A DNA stretch of 64,000 bases, taken from the NCBI GenBank assembly GCA_964016885.1, contig OZ024740.1:52576001-52640000 (forward strand). Reading direction: 5' to 3'. The position numbers were made by a program, and so were the translations under genes. Of this stretch, positions 13,131 to 26,508 are shown in pieces (the first letter of the stretch is position 1; each line of letters begins with the position of its first letter). The DNA comes from Eledone cirrhosa. Its lineage: Eukaryota. The notes beneath the pieces are model-generated. The model was not told the origin of the DNA, ran no database searches, and worked only from the letters and a program-made list of their open reading frames with translations.

Positions 13131-14525
13131 TTCTTCTTCTTCTTCTTCTTCTTCTTCTTCTTCTTCTTCTAGTTAGGGTCGTGGGAGCAAAGTCCTCACA
13201 CACTCATTCTAGCGGATCCTGCCAGAAGCAACCATCTCTAATTCATCAGGCTGGATCCCCAAACGTGACTAGTTGAGTTCACGGTTGGTTTTGCTCGTAA
13301 AAATCTGTCCAGCGATTCTTTCTTGGGACATTCTAACCACATTCCTGTAGTTGAGATCTTTCAATTCGGAGAAGTAGCGGCTCTACCTGGAGCGACTCGC
13401 TGATCTCGGAGCTACGCACTCTATCGAGTAACGTCACTCCAAAGACCCTTCGGAGGAATCCCATTTCGGCCGTTTGTATTCGCGATCGTATTCTTTTGGT
13501 CATTACCTAAGAGTCATGACCATAGGTAAGTGTCTGTACGAATACCTAAGAGTCATGACCATAGGTAAGTGTCTGTACGAATACCTAAGAGTCATGACCA
13601 TAGGTAAGTGTCTGTACGAATACCTAAGAGTCATGACCATAGGTAAGTGTCTGTACGAATACCTAAGAGTCATGACCATAGGTAAGTGTCTGTACGAATA
13701 CCTAAGAGTCATGACCATAGGTAAGTGTCTGTACGAATACCTAAGAGTCATGACCATAGGTAAGTGTCTGTACGAATACCTAAGAGTCATGACCATAGGT
13801 AAGTGTCTGTACGAATACCTAAGAGTCATGACCATAGGTAAGTGTCTGTACGAATACCTAAGAGTCATGACCATAGGTAAGTGTCTGTACGAATACCTAA
13901 GAGTCATGACCATAGGTAAGTGTCTGTACGAATACCTAAGAGTCATGACCATAGGTAAGTGTCTGTACGAATACCTAAGAGTCATGACCATAGGTAAGTG
14001 TCTGTACGAATACCTAAGAGTCTGTACGTATACCAAATTAAAGATAGTGAGTTTGATGTTTACACTTACCTCCCTTCTGATTACCGAATGCTGAAGCTGG
14101 CGCATTACTGCACCAGATCCTGCAATTCTTGCACTTAACTCAGCCTCCTGCTTTCTATCACTCGTGAACACTGTTCCGTGATTCTTGAACTTCTCCACCT
14201 GCTTCAGTGTAACTCCACTCACATGTACCGGATCTTTCAGCCTAAGCTTCATGAGGCAAATCCTTCCTCCTAATGGTATACAGTCCATAACACATTCTGA
14301 CAGCCGGGACTTATGAGTATCCCCACTCCCGCCTGTGGAGTCATTTCTGGCGCCACACCTGAATAGTGGAGTTTCCATCTTCCATCCAAATCTACAGTAT
14401 CAGAGTCATGGAACTTTGTTGAAGAAACCCCGACTGTATCTAGCCGGTAGTATCTAGCCTCATCCACTAGTTCCTGCTCCTTACCTGTAAGAGTTGTGAT
14501 GTTCCAGGTTCCAATTTTTATGGTT
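13131..14525 (-). mobile_element. RTE-clade LINE, internally deleted, with (GAA)n tail
   Basis: EN start IGTWNITTLTGKEQELVDEA..HYSGV..AGVGIL joined directly to RT C-terminus LKQVEKFK..G..VQTLTYGHDS*VMT..IQTAEMGFLRR; tail at 13131-13170. Confidence 0.88.
13504..14022. repeat. 39-bp minisatellite, 13 identical units plus a partial unit
   Basis: Unit TACCTAAGAGTCATGACCATAGGTAAGTGTCTGTACGAA, no spacers. Confidence 0.97.
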
Positions 14526-15164
14526 TGCTCCTATTTGGGGTCTCGTGATACATAATCTTTGTGGGTTTATCCCATACCTCCAAGAACAGGTCGCAGGTCC
14601 ATCGCCAGTTTTTACAGCATGAGATGTAGACTACAATTATATGTCGGATTACTTTATCTGGTATATTATAATTTGAATTACTTTATCTGAGACATTCAAC
14701 CTTCTTTAAAACGGTGAGGCATAATTTGGCTATTAATTCTAGTTGATCGATCCATGACGTGGAGATTCCTACATGCTATTCATGGAACAGCAGATTGTAC
14801 GAATGGTGGTAGTACGAATGAGTCTTTACTTTTCTAAAATGATCTAATAAGTTCGAAACATGTTCGGAGTTTTCATCGCACTTACCAAAAATCAGGCTCA
14901 CTTTCCACTTCATGTTTTCATTCAATTTGTTTATCAATTTGAATTACGGAGTTGTCTCCCTCGCCCTTGATGAGAATTATCATTATCACTAACGATTTTT
15001 CTTTTCATTGTGGCTGCTATTTCAATTCATTAAACATCGGAGAAGGCTCACTATATTTAGAATGTTACACCTCCACTTAGATACTTGGAAAGATATTGTT
15101 TCCCAAAGGGAAGAGAATATTATTGGAATGTCTTCTTTCTCGGTATAACATTATTTCTAGCACA

Positions 15165-15355
15165 GGGCGGTGGATTGGCAGTATCGGTAGAGGGTCGGAC
15201 GCCATGCTTTGCAGCATAGTTACGGCCCTTTATGGTCTGAGTTCAAATCCCGCCGAGGTTAAATTTGCCTTTCATCCTTATGGGGTCGATAATATAAAGT
15301 ACCAGTAATACACTGGGATAATTGCTGGCCTTGTGCCAAAAGTAGAAACAATTAT
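15165..15355 (+). mobile_element. Family 1 SINE, full length
   Basis: A box, B box, core and tail present. Other dispersed copies: 12800-12990+, 21265-21420-, 22712-22900-, 34310-34470-, 37005-37190-, 44250-44435-, 53843-53946-, 58520-58680+, 61120-61243+, 63185-63345-. Confidence 0.92.
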
Positions 15356-15832
15356 TTCTAGCACACGTCACCATGTTGAACAGTTTTTCTTATGGTTCAT
15401 CCCCAGGGCGGATCTATAATCAAGGGTCACCCCGCCTTTAGTATACACAGGACTATATTACCCAACATATATTTTCTAAGGTGGTATAATGAGGTGTGGA
15501 GGAAATGTGACTGCTATTTCTAGCAAGTCAATTTACCACATATTGCCTCCCCCAAGTTGTGGTCCTATTGTTAGGAAGTCTCCATTGCATACCCAATGTA
15601 TTTGTGTGTGTGTATATACGTGTATGCATGTGTGTGTTGGTATTTGTGTGCATGTGTGCATATGTATGTGCCTTGCGTATGTTTGTGGGTGCATTTTTGT
15701 ATATGTGTGTGTTCGTATATGTTTGTGTGTGTATGCATGTTTGTGTGTCTTGTAGGTGCATTTTTGTATAAATGTGTGTTAATATATGTTTTTGTGTGTG
15801 TGTATGCGTGCTTGTGTATGTACGTATTTCTG

Positions 15833-15889
<57 letters not shown>

Positions 15890-16859
15890 CCATATATGCG
15901 ACTATGTGTGTGTGTGTGCATGTAACTCACGTAACCGAACAGAAACCAGTTAATGATACAAGGGAAATAACTCATACGGCTTCATTCCTTGATTTTTACG
16001 AAACGGGAAGGAAAGTTGACGTTAGAATATCTGACGATATAGATATTGAGTTCGCTCTTTTATTCCGCTATATACCTAACTAGATACTGAATTCACCCTT
16101 TTATCCCTATATACTCCATCTAAATAGATACTAAATCTTCCTGTTATACCTTTTACTCCATCTAACTAACTTGGTACTGAGTTTGTTCATTTACCCCTAT
16201 GCCTATTATCCATTAAATAAACATCAGTAGTCTATAAATTTAATTAAAATAATTCTATCCCCCCAACAAACACCATCCAACATTTCTGACATTCTAAAAA
16301 ATAACCTTTCCACTAATAAGTAAACCTTCTCTTGTTAATGCAGCAGTTGTGCTTAAAATCTAAAAACACAAGCATGGCAGATAACTCTAAGATTAGTTGA
16401 CCAACATTTTTTAATATGAACAATGTAGATTAGTGTGAATCTGGTCTTTAAAATCAACTGGTGAAACTGATGGACATGTTTCCATGGTTCTTCTATGACT
16501 ACTTCTATGGTTACTGTTCCTTACCAAAGTGCTCCCAATACATCTATATGTCTTCTTCCCATTATACGAACCATGTTTCCTATCTATAATAGCCCATTCT
16601 AAACTCACTGCCAAATCCTTCTTTCCCGTACCTGCTGCCAACAGGTGGCATGCATTTCGCTGCCATTATAGTTCAACAGCATCTGCTTATTTATACACAG
16701 ACACTAAGACAATGCTCGTCTGGGCACAAGTGGGTACTGGTGAACTGTAACAATAGTGACTTATATGCATCCCTCTCTTACACTGATGCTGAGGCAGCTG
16801 TGACATGATCATGGCTTAAAATACTCACAGTAAGATAAATGTATGTAAATATATTGTAT

Positions 16860-17125
16860 CATCATCTTTGTTTAACGTCCATCTTCCACGCTAGCATGGG
16901 TTAGACGGGAGTGGTCCCACTTGAGCCAAGGTTGGTCGGGTGACCGTGTCTCGCTCATATAGGACTATCTGGCAGGTTTTCTACGGCTGAATGCCCTTCC
17001 TAACACCAACCACATTTACAGTGTAGAAGTGGGGACTTTTTACCGTGTTATCTACACGGCCACATTACATCGGGGACTGTGTGTGTGTGTGTGTTTTTTT
17101 TTGTCGTGACACCTACACGATCTCG
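16860..17125 (-). mobile_element. Short interspersed repeat with (GAT)n tail (family 4)
   Basis: Shared motif GTGGTTGGCRTTAGGAAGGGCATCCAGC...CCCATGCTAGCGTGGAA..GACGTTAAA(TGA)n. Other copies at 29650-29820, 33930-34140, 37335-37582, 39038-39430, 44535-44890, 54415-54660. Confidence 0.75.
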
Positions 17126-17299
17126 ATCTCATTATATCATTTATTTGGACTGAATGTTGTGGTACCAACTTTACAGAGAGAGGGTGGTGTTGGTGGAAGT
17201 GTGAGGATAGGGGTGTATATTTGGTTAAGAGGTGTCTACTGACTGTAGGTTTCGCTTTGTACTTAGGCAAGGCGAGTCTTCTGTATTACTGCGTAGTGC

Positions 17300-18975
17300 C
17301 AAAGATCTCGGTCTAGTGACATTGTCTTAGAGAGGTGCAAGTGTGTAAGGTCGGAATTTATCAAATCGTCCCAGGTTTTTCTGAGTCTACCTACTCCGTA
17401 ACTACCATCAATTTTGATCGCCCTGCACTTTTTTTTATACAGCTGTCGTCTTTCATGCGCATCACGTGACCATACTAACGTAGTCTTCGCTCAAATAAAC
17501 AGCATCTGATCCCTCTTATTCCTGATTTCTCACTTAGTTCATTTATGCTTTGCCGTTCACTATATTACTATTACACATCCAACGGAGCATGCATGCTTCG
17601 TTCCTTTCCAGTCTGCGCAGGTCCTGTGCACGATAAGTCCCATTTCCATGTAGCATTGCTGTTCGTATACAGGCATCATACAATCTGCCTTTCATTTTCA
17701 AAGAGAAACCTTTTGTGGCCAACAGCGGTATAAGCTCTCTGAACTTTTTCCATTCCGTTCTGACTCTGGCTACTGTACTTTCAGAGCACCCTCCACCACT
17801 GCCGATTTTGTCACCCAAGTAACGGAAAGTGTCCACTATTTCTATAGAACCATCTGGGCAATAGAAGGAGCTAGTATCCTGTGGGCACTTGCTACTTATT
17901 GCACCTGAGCATCGGCCACATATAAAATCTACTTTCTTAGATAGTTTACTTGTAATCCCACTACATCTTTTATGTACCGATAGTTTGCATTTGGGACATA
18001 AAATGGAATTTCTGCCTACTCCTTTCCTACACACTGAGCATGGCCATTTCCCTGAGGGTACCTGTGCCCTATTTTCCTTTCTACAAACTAGAACTTTAAT
18101 ATTAGACAAGTTAACTTTAAGGCCTTTTGATTCTAGGCCATGCTTCCATATTTGGAATTTCTTCTCTAGTTCAGCCATAGATTCAGCTATGAGAGTTAGA
18201 TTATCTGCGTATAGAAGTTCCCATGGGCAGACGGTCTTAAACTCCTCTGTTATAGCCTGAAGGGCAATAATAAATAGGCGGGGGCTAAGGACAGAGCCTT
18301 GATGAACACCAACTTTTACACTAAATTCTTCACAATATTCATTGTTAATTCTAACCTTACTGACTGTTTCTTTATACATAGCTTGTATAGCTGTCACAAG
18401 CCATTCATCTACACCTAGTTTTCTAAGAGCCCACCAGATAATGGAGTGGGGTACTCTGTCAAAAGTTTTCTCCAGGTCTACAAAAGCTAAGTAGAGGGGT
18501 TTACTTTTAGCTAGGTACTTCTCCTGTAGTTGTCGTACAAGGAAAAGAGCGTCTGTGGTACTTTTACCTGACACAAACCCAAACTGCATTTCATCTAGAT
18601 CAATTCGCTCTCTGATTAGTTGCGCTATAACTCTTTCTGTGACCTTCATGACCTGGTCAACTAACTTAATGCCTCTATAGTTTCCCCTATCTAGAGCATC
18701 CCCTTTACCCTTGTAGCAGTTAATGATGATGCTGCTACGCCAGTCTTTTGGTATGACCCCATTCTGTATTACTTGGTTAACTATACGGGTGACCATTCCA
18801 GATGCCTTCAACATCTCAGCAACTATCTCCGAAGGCCTGGCTGCCTTGCCTGTCTTCATATCTTTGATTTCCTTACTTATTATACTACCTTTAACTTGCA
18901 CCGCTGATCCTTCTATTGGATCGATTTGGGGCAGACTATCTTTTTCCCATTTATTCTCCTCATTTAATAGTCTAT
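17300..18975 (-). mobile_element. RTE-clade LINE, 5'-truncated; RT ORF 17543-18901
   Basis: KGKGDALDRGNYRGIKL, QFGF..STTDA, AFVDLEKTFDRVP, GVHQGSVLSP, LLYADNL (second catalytic D mutated), Cys-rich insert CSVC..CPKC..HKRC..CGRC, FRYLG. Confidence 0.95.
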
Positions 18976-19329
18976 AGGTTCATATATGCATTTATTCTGA
19001 ATTACACTATATTAGTGCTATTGTTAATTAATACTAGCCAGTGAAGTCTGCAATATATGTATTAGCCTTCAAGAATAATTTGTAAAATCTATATGAATAT
19101 ATTATTTTTCATACCTCAGCTTCTGAGTGCAAGTAAGCAAGTGCTGATGAACTGAAATGACAGCGAAATACATGCATCCACCCACACCAATGCTGAACTA
19201 GCTTTGATATGATTACAGCTTAAAATACTCACAACAAATGTAAATGTATGTTTATTATACATAAACATTTTGAATATGGGCTCATATCATCCTCATTGTC
19301 ATCATTATACATCTGCTTTTCCATGCTTG

Positions 19330-20960
19330 AATGGGTTTGATGGGTCCTTTTCAGCACAGCATCTCTCCACTCATTGCGTTCCTTCGTCATCTCCTTTGTG
19401 AGTCTGTGTTTTGAGATCAGCTCTCACCATTTCCACCCAGGTCTTCCTTGGTCTACCTCTCCAGTGGTTTCCTTCCACTGGGATTTCCTGGCACTTCTTC
19501 ATCTAATGATTATCACTTATACAGATCAAAGGTCCATACCAATGGAGTCTTCTCTCTTGCATGCCACTTTTGATTCCTCTTAAACCAAGTTTCTCTCTCA
19601 GTTCATCTAAGTTTTTCCATTGTACATTCATTAAAGCATGATTGCTTCATTTCTCTCCAGCCTATGCATGTTCTCTGCAGTCTCTACCTATGTTTCACTA
19701 CCATGCAACATTGCACTTACAAACATCCTTTCATTCATAGGGAGAGACCTTTTGCTGTTAACAGAGGAAGTAGCTATCTAAAATTCTTCCATCCTATCCT
19801 TATTCTAGCTATTATGCTCTTAGAGAACCGTCCCCCACCACTAATTAGATTACCTAGATAACAGAAGTTATCAACTGCTTCTATGGATCCTTTCATGTGA
19901 TTGGAAAAGGTTTATATCACTGATGCTCTTTTCATTGATTACCCCTGTGCATCTATTACTTACAAAATCTTCCTTTCCTGTTAGTCTGCCTGTTATCCCA
20001 CTACAGCTCTAGTATACCCAAGATTTACATTATGTACATTGTATAGAGTTTCTGCCTACTCCTTTTCTGCATATCAAGCAGGGCCTGATAGGATCACAGT
20101 CCTGTCTTCTTTCCTACTTACTAACACTTGAGTTTTTTCTAAATTAACTCTCAGCCCTTTAGATTGTAAATTCTGTTCCCACAGTCAGAACTTATTCTCT
20201 AGTTCTTCTATAGATTTAACTATAAGAACCAGATCATCCATATAAAGAAGTTCCATGGACAGTCAGTCATCAACTCCTGTTATGGCCTGGGGAACTATAA
20301 TGAACAGAAGTGGGCTGACAACTGAATCCTGATGAACTCCTACCAGTTCCTTTGTTTCCTCACTAAACTCATTTCCTACTCTCACTTTACAGACAATGCC
20401 CATGAACATTGCTTGTACTGTTCTCACAAGCCATTCCTCTATATCTAATTCCCTTATATATTTAAGGAACTCAGTCAAAGGCCTTTTCTAGATCAACAAA
20501 AGCTAAATAGAGTGGATTATTCTTGGCTAGGAACTTTTTTTGTAACTGTCTCAGGTATAAAACCAAACTGCATCTCATCTATTTGAATCCTTCCTTAATT
20601 AGCTGTGCTAGAACCCTTTCAGTAACTTTAACTTAGTCCATTATTTTTATTCTTCTGTAGATGCTCCTTTCTAGAAAACCACCTTTTCCTGTATAGCAAT
20701 TTATGATTGCACTACTGTGCCAGCTATTGGGTATGACTTTGTACTGTATTACCTGATTGACTATGCAGGTTACTAGTTCAGTTCCTACTTCTCCAGATGC
20801 TTTTACCATCTGGGCAACTATCTCTGATAATCCCATGGCTTTTCTTCATCTTGATTGCTTCTTTAAACCTATAACTGTTGATTTCAATAGCTGGTCCCCT
20901 CTGATGAGTCAGCTAGGGGTAGTCTCTCTCTTCCTCAGCCTCACATAACATTTCCAGGCC
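19330..20960 (-). mobile_element. Older degenerate RTE LINE of the same type
   Basis: Fragments IVNQVIQYKVIPNSWHSSAIINCYTGKG and EWLVRTVQAMF..GVHQDSVVSPLLFIIV, with frameshifts. Confidence 0.88.
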
Positions 20961-23900
20961 TCTATCACAGCGTGGACTGTGTGCATTATTTGTGCCATCA
21001 GCACTCTATATTAGTTTTTATTCAGTGTGTCTACTCTCTGAGATGGATTGTTACAGAGCCCACATTACGGTTTCAGCTATGGTTTGTTACAGAGTCCACA
21101 TTAACCTTGAATATCCTTGTTAAACCTAAACATTCCTCTGCATACTTTGTATTGAACAATCTTGCTAACCTTAACCATTTCTTTCCATTTCTTCAAGATG
21201 TATCAAGTTTTTATCCAAAAATGGAAACTTTATTATTTATGGTTTTAGAAATAAATTAAGATAATTCTTTCTAGCACTGGAATAAGGTCAGAAATTTGGA
21301 GGAAAGAGAAATTTGAAAATACTATCAATACTTTACTGGTATTTGATTTTATCGACCCTAGGAGTATGAAAGGCAAAGTTGAGCTCAGCTGGATTCGAAC
21401 TCAATGTAAAGAGCTGGAGTAAATACCTTAAAAGATTGCCCCCAACATTAATTATTCTATCATTCCACAGCCTTATAATAAAGATAATAATTCTTTATTT
21501 CAATAAGGGGGACAGATGAGTGTACATTGCCAGGACAGTTTATTAAATGTGCAAGGGTTTGCAAAGAAATTGTTTAAATAAATGAATTTAAAAAATAATA
21601 ATTATATATGAGGTATACAAACATGTGACAACTAAAAGTTAAACAATGACTAGACTTATTTCAAACAAACTTATATACAATAAGGCAGTAAAAATGGTAG
21701 AGCATCAGATAAAATGCTTTGCAGTATCTATTTAGTTCAAGATTTTATATTCCGAGTTCAAATTTGCCTTTCATCACTCCAGGATTAATAAAATAAAATA
21801 GCAGTGAAATACATAAGTCAAGAGATACTGGTGATACTCAAACAAATTTTCTTGGTGTTGATTGTGATTTATGTGCAGATAAGGGTGTAAACTCCAATAG
21901 CTACTCTCTCTTTCTCTCTTCATTTTAATTACCATCGACTTCAGCCAAATCTTTGACTTCATTCTACAATTATCTGGTTATAAAAAAATACTTACCTTAA
22001 TAAACAACACAAAATGATAGGTTAGTAAATTATCTTTGAGGTCATTGTATTTTAAGTAGGTGAAAATAAACTCTTCACAGCATACAGCAATGATAAGCTA
22101 TAAGGTAGAAAAAATATGGATAGTGGACATGCTACTGTAGTGACCTACATTCTGAGGGCTCTTGAATACATTCTCCATACGTTGTTTGGCTCAGTTCAGC
22201 CAATCGCTATTAGCATAGGAAAATGTATTTCAACTTCTGCCGAAAGGGAAAAATTTCTGCTTCGCTTCGAAAATCTCTCTCTTGCAGCTCGACACCACCA
22301 AGGTAAACATCTCTTGATTTTGTTCCTCAAGGATAGACAATATGTAGCAACAAATATCACTACGGGTCTGGCTAACGCCTCAGCCAGTTGACCGTACCTC
22401 CTTAAACTCTTAATTTATCTATTTATTTCTCTTGGCATGCCAGCTAAACCTTTGTAATCAGTTTGTAAATAAATTATATATTATAATTATAAAGTTGTAT
22501 GATGATATTTTACACAACATTCCCTTGAACTGCTTCTTCAGTTACTCTCTGCGATACAAAGCACAAACAAATATTAACATTCTCAACACATATATAACTA
22601 TCCATTAACTCTCTCAATTAACTCACAACCAAAAATAACCTCTTCTAAACTACTTATCCTGTAGTTTATAGTATTTAATATAGTATTGTTCCATCTTTGT
22701 CTTTCAAAAGTAATAATTGTTTCTACTATTGGCACAAGGCCAGCAATTACCCAGCACATTACTGATACTTTATTTTATCGACCCCATAAGGATGAAAGGC
22801 AAAGTTAACCTCGGCGGGATTTGAACTCAGAATGGCAAGGGCCGTAACTATGCGTCAAAGCATGGCGTCCGACCCTCTACCGATACTGCCAATACCACCG
22901 TCCCTTTCAAAAGTAATGACTGGTGGTACTGCTCTTCACAAAAGTCAAAAATTTGGCTGAAGTCAATGGTAATTAGAATGCAGAGAGAGATTGTTGTTGA
23001 AAGCATCTATTCTACATGCTGAATTTGTTAGCACTGTAGTTGAGTTCAGTTTTGATAATATCACATGAGTATTTCAGAGATTTGTTAGTGTATGTATGGT
23101 GATGAGTATACAGTTGTTTGATCAATTGAACTACATTCTCATTAAATTAATGTAAATGTGGTTGTGTATTGTACAGACACATATACCCTTAACATCATTC
23201 TAAGGTGGAATCTGTAACATAACGTGACAAGGCTGGATATTTGAATTACAGGTACAATCTACTAATGAACTGCAAGTTTCTGTCTAATTTCACTCAGAAG
23301 ACTTGGATAGAACTGGGGGTATAATAGACACAGGTCCAATATATCATGCAGAGAGATCAAACTCAGAAATCTCATGACTGAAGTGATCTAGTTTGTATAA
23401 AAGGATGATGTCTGATACTGTTGTTGGATTTTAGAATTGTTAGCATTTTGTCTAATTTCCAGATTCTAGAGATTTGGCATTGTTGCTAAGTGTAATTATT
23501 ATTGCTGTTAACTCCATTTACCATATTAAAAATGGAAAGACATATTAGATGATGTTGGCCTGAATATACTGAAAAGAATGCCTTTGAGTATAGATTGGCT
23601 TAATCACAGCTGACCTGAGGTTAAACAAAAACAATATATAACACAAAAACAGATTTCTAATTTTTTCTTTATTAATCACCATAAACAAAGCTAATATAGA
23701 TCCCCAGTAGAGAAACAAAAATGTCATGAGCACTGCCCTTTCTCAAAAATTTAAAAAATTATTATTTTCCAAGATTTATAAGGCCTTTTCTTAAATATTT
23801 TTCCATTGTACATTAAGAGTCAACACCTAGAAAGTTAAAGTTTCTTTTTTAATTGAAGACTTCCATCCGTTAATGCTTTCATTATTAAATACTTTTGTTC

Positions 23901-24049
23901 TTTATTGTAGTCCAATATAAATTCAATCTTTTTATAATTTTGCTTTCATATTCATAAATAATATCAATCATGATAATTTTATTAAATTTCTATAGGAATT
24001 ACACCGTGTATGGTGTATGTGATGGTAATGCAGTAATTTAAAGATGGAT

Positions 24050-24600
24050 TTATATAGAAAATGCAACTGTACAAAAATAAAGAACATCAAATCTGGAACA
24101 TTTTTTGGTCACAGCAACATTGAATTTTGGAATTAATTCAATTGAGTGGTCATTTGAGTCATTTCTAAAATATGCCACCAGTATTTCTGAAAAGTTACTT
24201 CACATTGATAAGTTGTGTAAAAATGGTGCTGACCAGAAAAAAAAACATCCAGGTCATTTGGTTCAACAATTCTTGATCTTCAGAATATATAATAACAGTA
24301 GAAATAAGCTTTATCTCAGGTGTTCCAATGATTGTAGTGCAGTGACATTGATACAAATAGTTCAGCAAGGTGTTATGTCAGCAACTACATTGATTGCTGA
24401 CAAATGATGGGAATATTACTGACTAGCTTCACTGAATTATGCACATCTGACCATAAATCCTTCCCATGGTGTCAATGATCCTAAAACTAGTGCATGTACA
24501 ATGTTGAAGCTTTCTAACAATGGATGAAAAAGCCATTAAAAAGAATACATAGCAATTAGGGTAAAATAAAGTGAACTAGGATAAATACCTATTTAGGAAT
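24050..24600 (+). pseudogene. Decayed Merlin/IS1595 (ISXO2-like) transposase
   Basis: SAVTLIQIVQQGVMSATTLIADK*WEYY*LASLNYAHLTINPSHGVNDPKTSACT matches LxxIIxxxVxPGTTIxSDxWxxYxxLxxxxYxHxTVNHSxxFVDPxTGAHT. Confidence 0.7.
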
Positions 24601-24926
24601 AGGTCTGGTTTTCCTCAACCCCAATACAAACACAGTCATATCAAAAGAGATAAGGACACTTTTCTGTATAGGGTAAGTATTAAAAAATCGACAGTATTGA
24701 AATATATAAGTATTGTCCCTTTGTTCATTTTCCTATTTGTTTCTTAATTTCCATGTAATCAAAACACTTTCACTTTCTATGTGATGAACCTTACAAACTC
24801 ATTTTTTTTCAAGTCATTTTCATTATATAATTAAAAACAGAGATTAATGCAAGACTGCTGCAAAGACATTTAATAATATATATTTCAAATGAATGAAATA
24901 AAATGCCAATGAATTCTTTGGATATT

Positions 24927-25592
24927 TTACTTTGCTTTTACATAACGTTTATAGCGGTGAATTAGTTTATCTGTATCAGCAACAGTAGGCTTCACACACT
25001 CCCTGTCAGAACAAGCAGTGAGCCACTCCTGGTAACGAGGATACCAATCAGTATCAGATGGCATTTCAAAATTTTTAAAGTGTTTTAACACTCCTAATCT
25101 TTGCATCCATGGAAAAAGCATAATATCAACATATGAAAATGTGTCCCCCATGAAAAACTTTCCAGTTGGGGACATGGCTTTCACAAAAACTCCAACATTT
25201 TCAACAAAAGATTTCTGTACTTCATCCAGCTTATCAGGCTCTGATTTCAGAATAGAAAGAAATAATGGAATTATTTTAGTTGTAGCATAGTCACCCCAGA
25301 TGCGACCCAGAGCTTTGTCAAAAGGTTTTTCCATCATAATTTTAGGATTTTGTGGCCAAACATCATCAATGTATTCCATACATACAGCTGATTCATAAAT
25401 AACTTTATCATCATGTATCAGCACTGGCACCAAGCCTCTTGGATTCAATCTTAAAAATTCTTCAGTTTTGTTGTAAGGGTCAATTTCTTCATATCTAAAA
25501 GGAATTCCTTTCTCCAAGAGAGCAATCCAGAGTCTTTGAGCAAATGGGCAGTACCAGGCACTCATAAAACGAAGTTTAGTACTATCAGACAT
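24927..25592 (-). CDS. Glutathione S-transferase, omega-class-like (221 aa, single coding exon)
   Basis: Active site WYCPFAQR, NPRGLVPVL (cis-Pro), ESAVCMEYIDD, C-terminal FFMGDTFSYVDIMLFPW. Intact ORF; splice acceptor TTCTTCTTCTAG ends at 25608, 15 nt before the ATG. Confidence 0.93.
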   Translation of the reverse strand: MSDSTKLRFMSAWYCPFAQRLWIALLEKGIPFRYEEIDPYNKTEEFLRLNPRGLVPVLIHDDKVIYESAVCMEYIDDVWPQNPKIMMEKPFDKALGRIWGDYATTKIIPLFLSILKSEPDKLDEVQKSFVENVGVFVKAMSPTGKFFMGDTFSYVDIMLFPWMQRLGVLKHFKNFEMPSDTDWYPRYQEWLTACSDRECVKPTVADTDKLIHRYKRYVKAK

Positions 25593-25775
25593 ATTTAAAC
25601 AGAATACCTAGAAGAAGAAAAAAAATGATTAAATATGTATCCAGAAAATATTGACAAATCCTATCCTTAACAGACAAGCTACTAAGAGTGGCTTTACATG
25701 TTAACTTATCCTGCAAGAATGAGTAATCTCAAATCACATCCTACTGTCTAAAAAAAATAGACACTATAAACAGCC

Positions 25776-26508
25776 TTAACCCTTTTGAAAATAACAAGCC
25801 TGAAACCACCCATGATACTAAGATGTTTATTTTAAGGTATTTATATTTATCTAAAAACCTTTTATAGTAATATTATTGAAGAGCCAAGGCGGTGGTGGAT
25901 TGGCAGTATCGGTAGAGGGTCGGACGCCATGCTTTCCAGCATAGTTACGTCCCTTTACGATCTGAGTTCAAATCCCGCCGAGGTTGACTTTGCCTTTCAT
26001 CCTTACGGGGGTCGATAAAATAAAGTACCAGTAATGCACTGGGTAATTGCTGGCCTTGTGCCTAAAGTAGAAACAATTATTGAAGAGTCAAGGTTGACTT
26101 TGCCTTTCATCCTTACGGGGTCGATAAAATAAAGTACCAGTAATGCACTGGGTAATTGCTGGCCTTGTGCCTAAAGTAGAAACAATTATTGAAGAGCCTT
26201 TATGTTCCAAACACTAGCTTAATAATTGTTTCTACTTTAGGCACAAGGCCAGCAATTACCCAGTACATTACTGGTACTTTATTTTATCGACCCCATAAGG
26301 ATGAAAGGCAAAGTCAACCTCGGCAGGATTTGAACTCAGATCGTAAAGGGACGTAACTATGCTGGAAAGCATGGCGTCCGACCCTCTACCGATACTGCCA
26401 ATCCACTAATAATGAAAAAGTTAGCTATATTACTAAATCCCTCAAAATTCTTAGTTATTTTTAAAATTAATTGAAAATTACAAGAAATATGGTGATGAAA
26501 AGGTTAAA
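25776..26508. mobile_element. piggyBac-like MITE remnant containing three family 1 SINEs (25890-26080+, 26090-26190+, 26221-26407-)
   Basis: TTAA-CCCTTT at the left end and AAAGG-TTAA at the right end. The SINEs are clear; the MITE call is tentative. Confidence 0.55.

Noticed and set aside
13504-14022. CRISPR-like array, or 206/291-aa repeat proteins
   Set aside because: Units are contiguous with no spacers and derive from RTE coding sequence; the ORFs exist only because 39 is divisible by 3.
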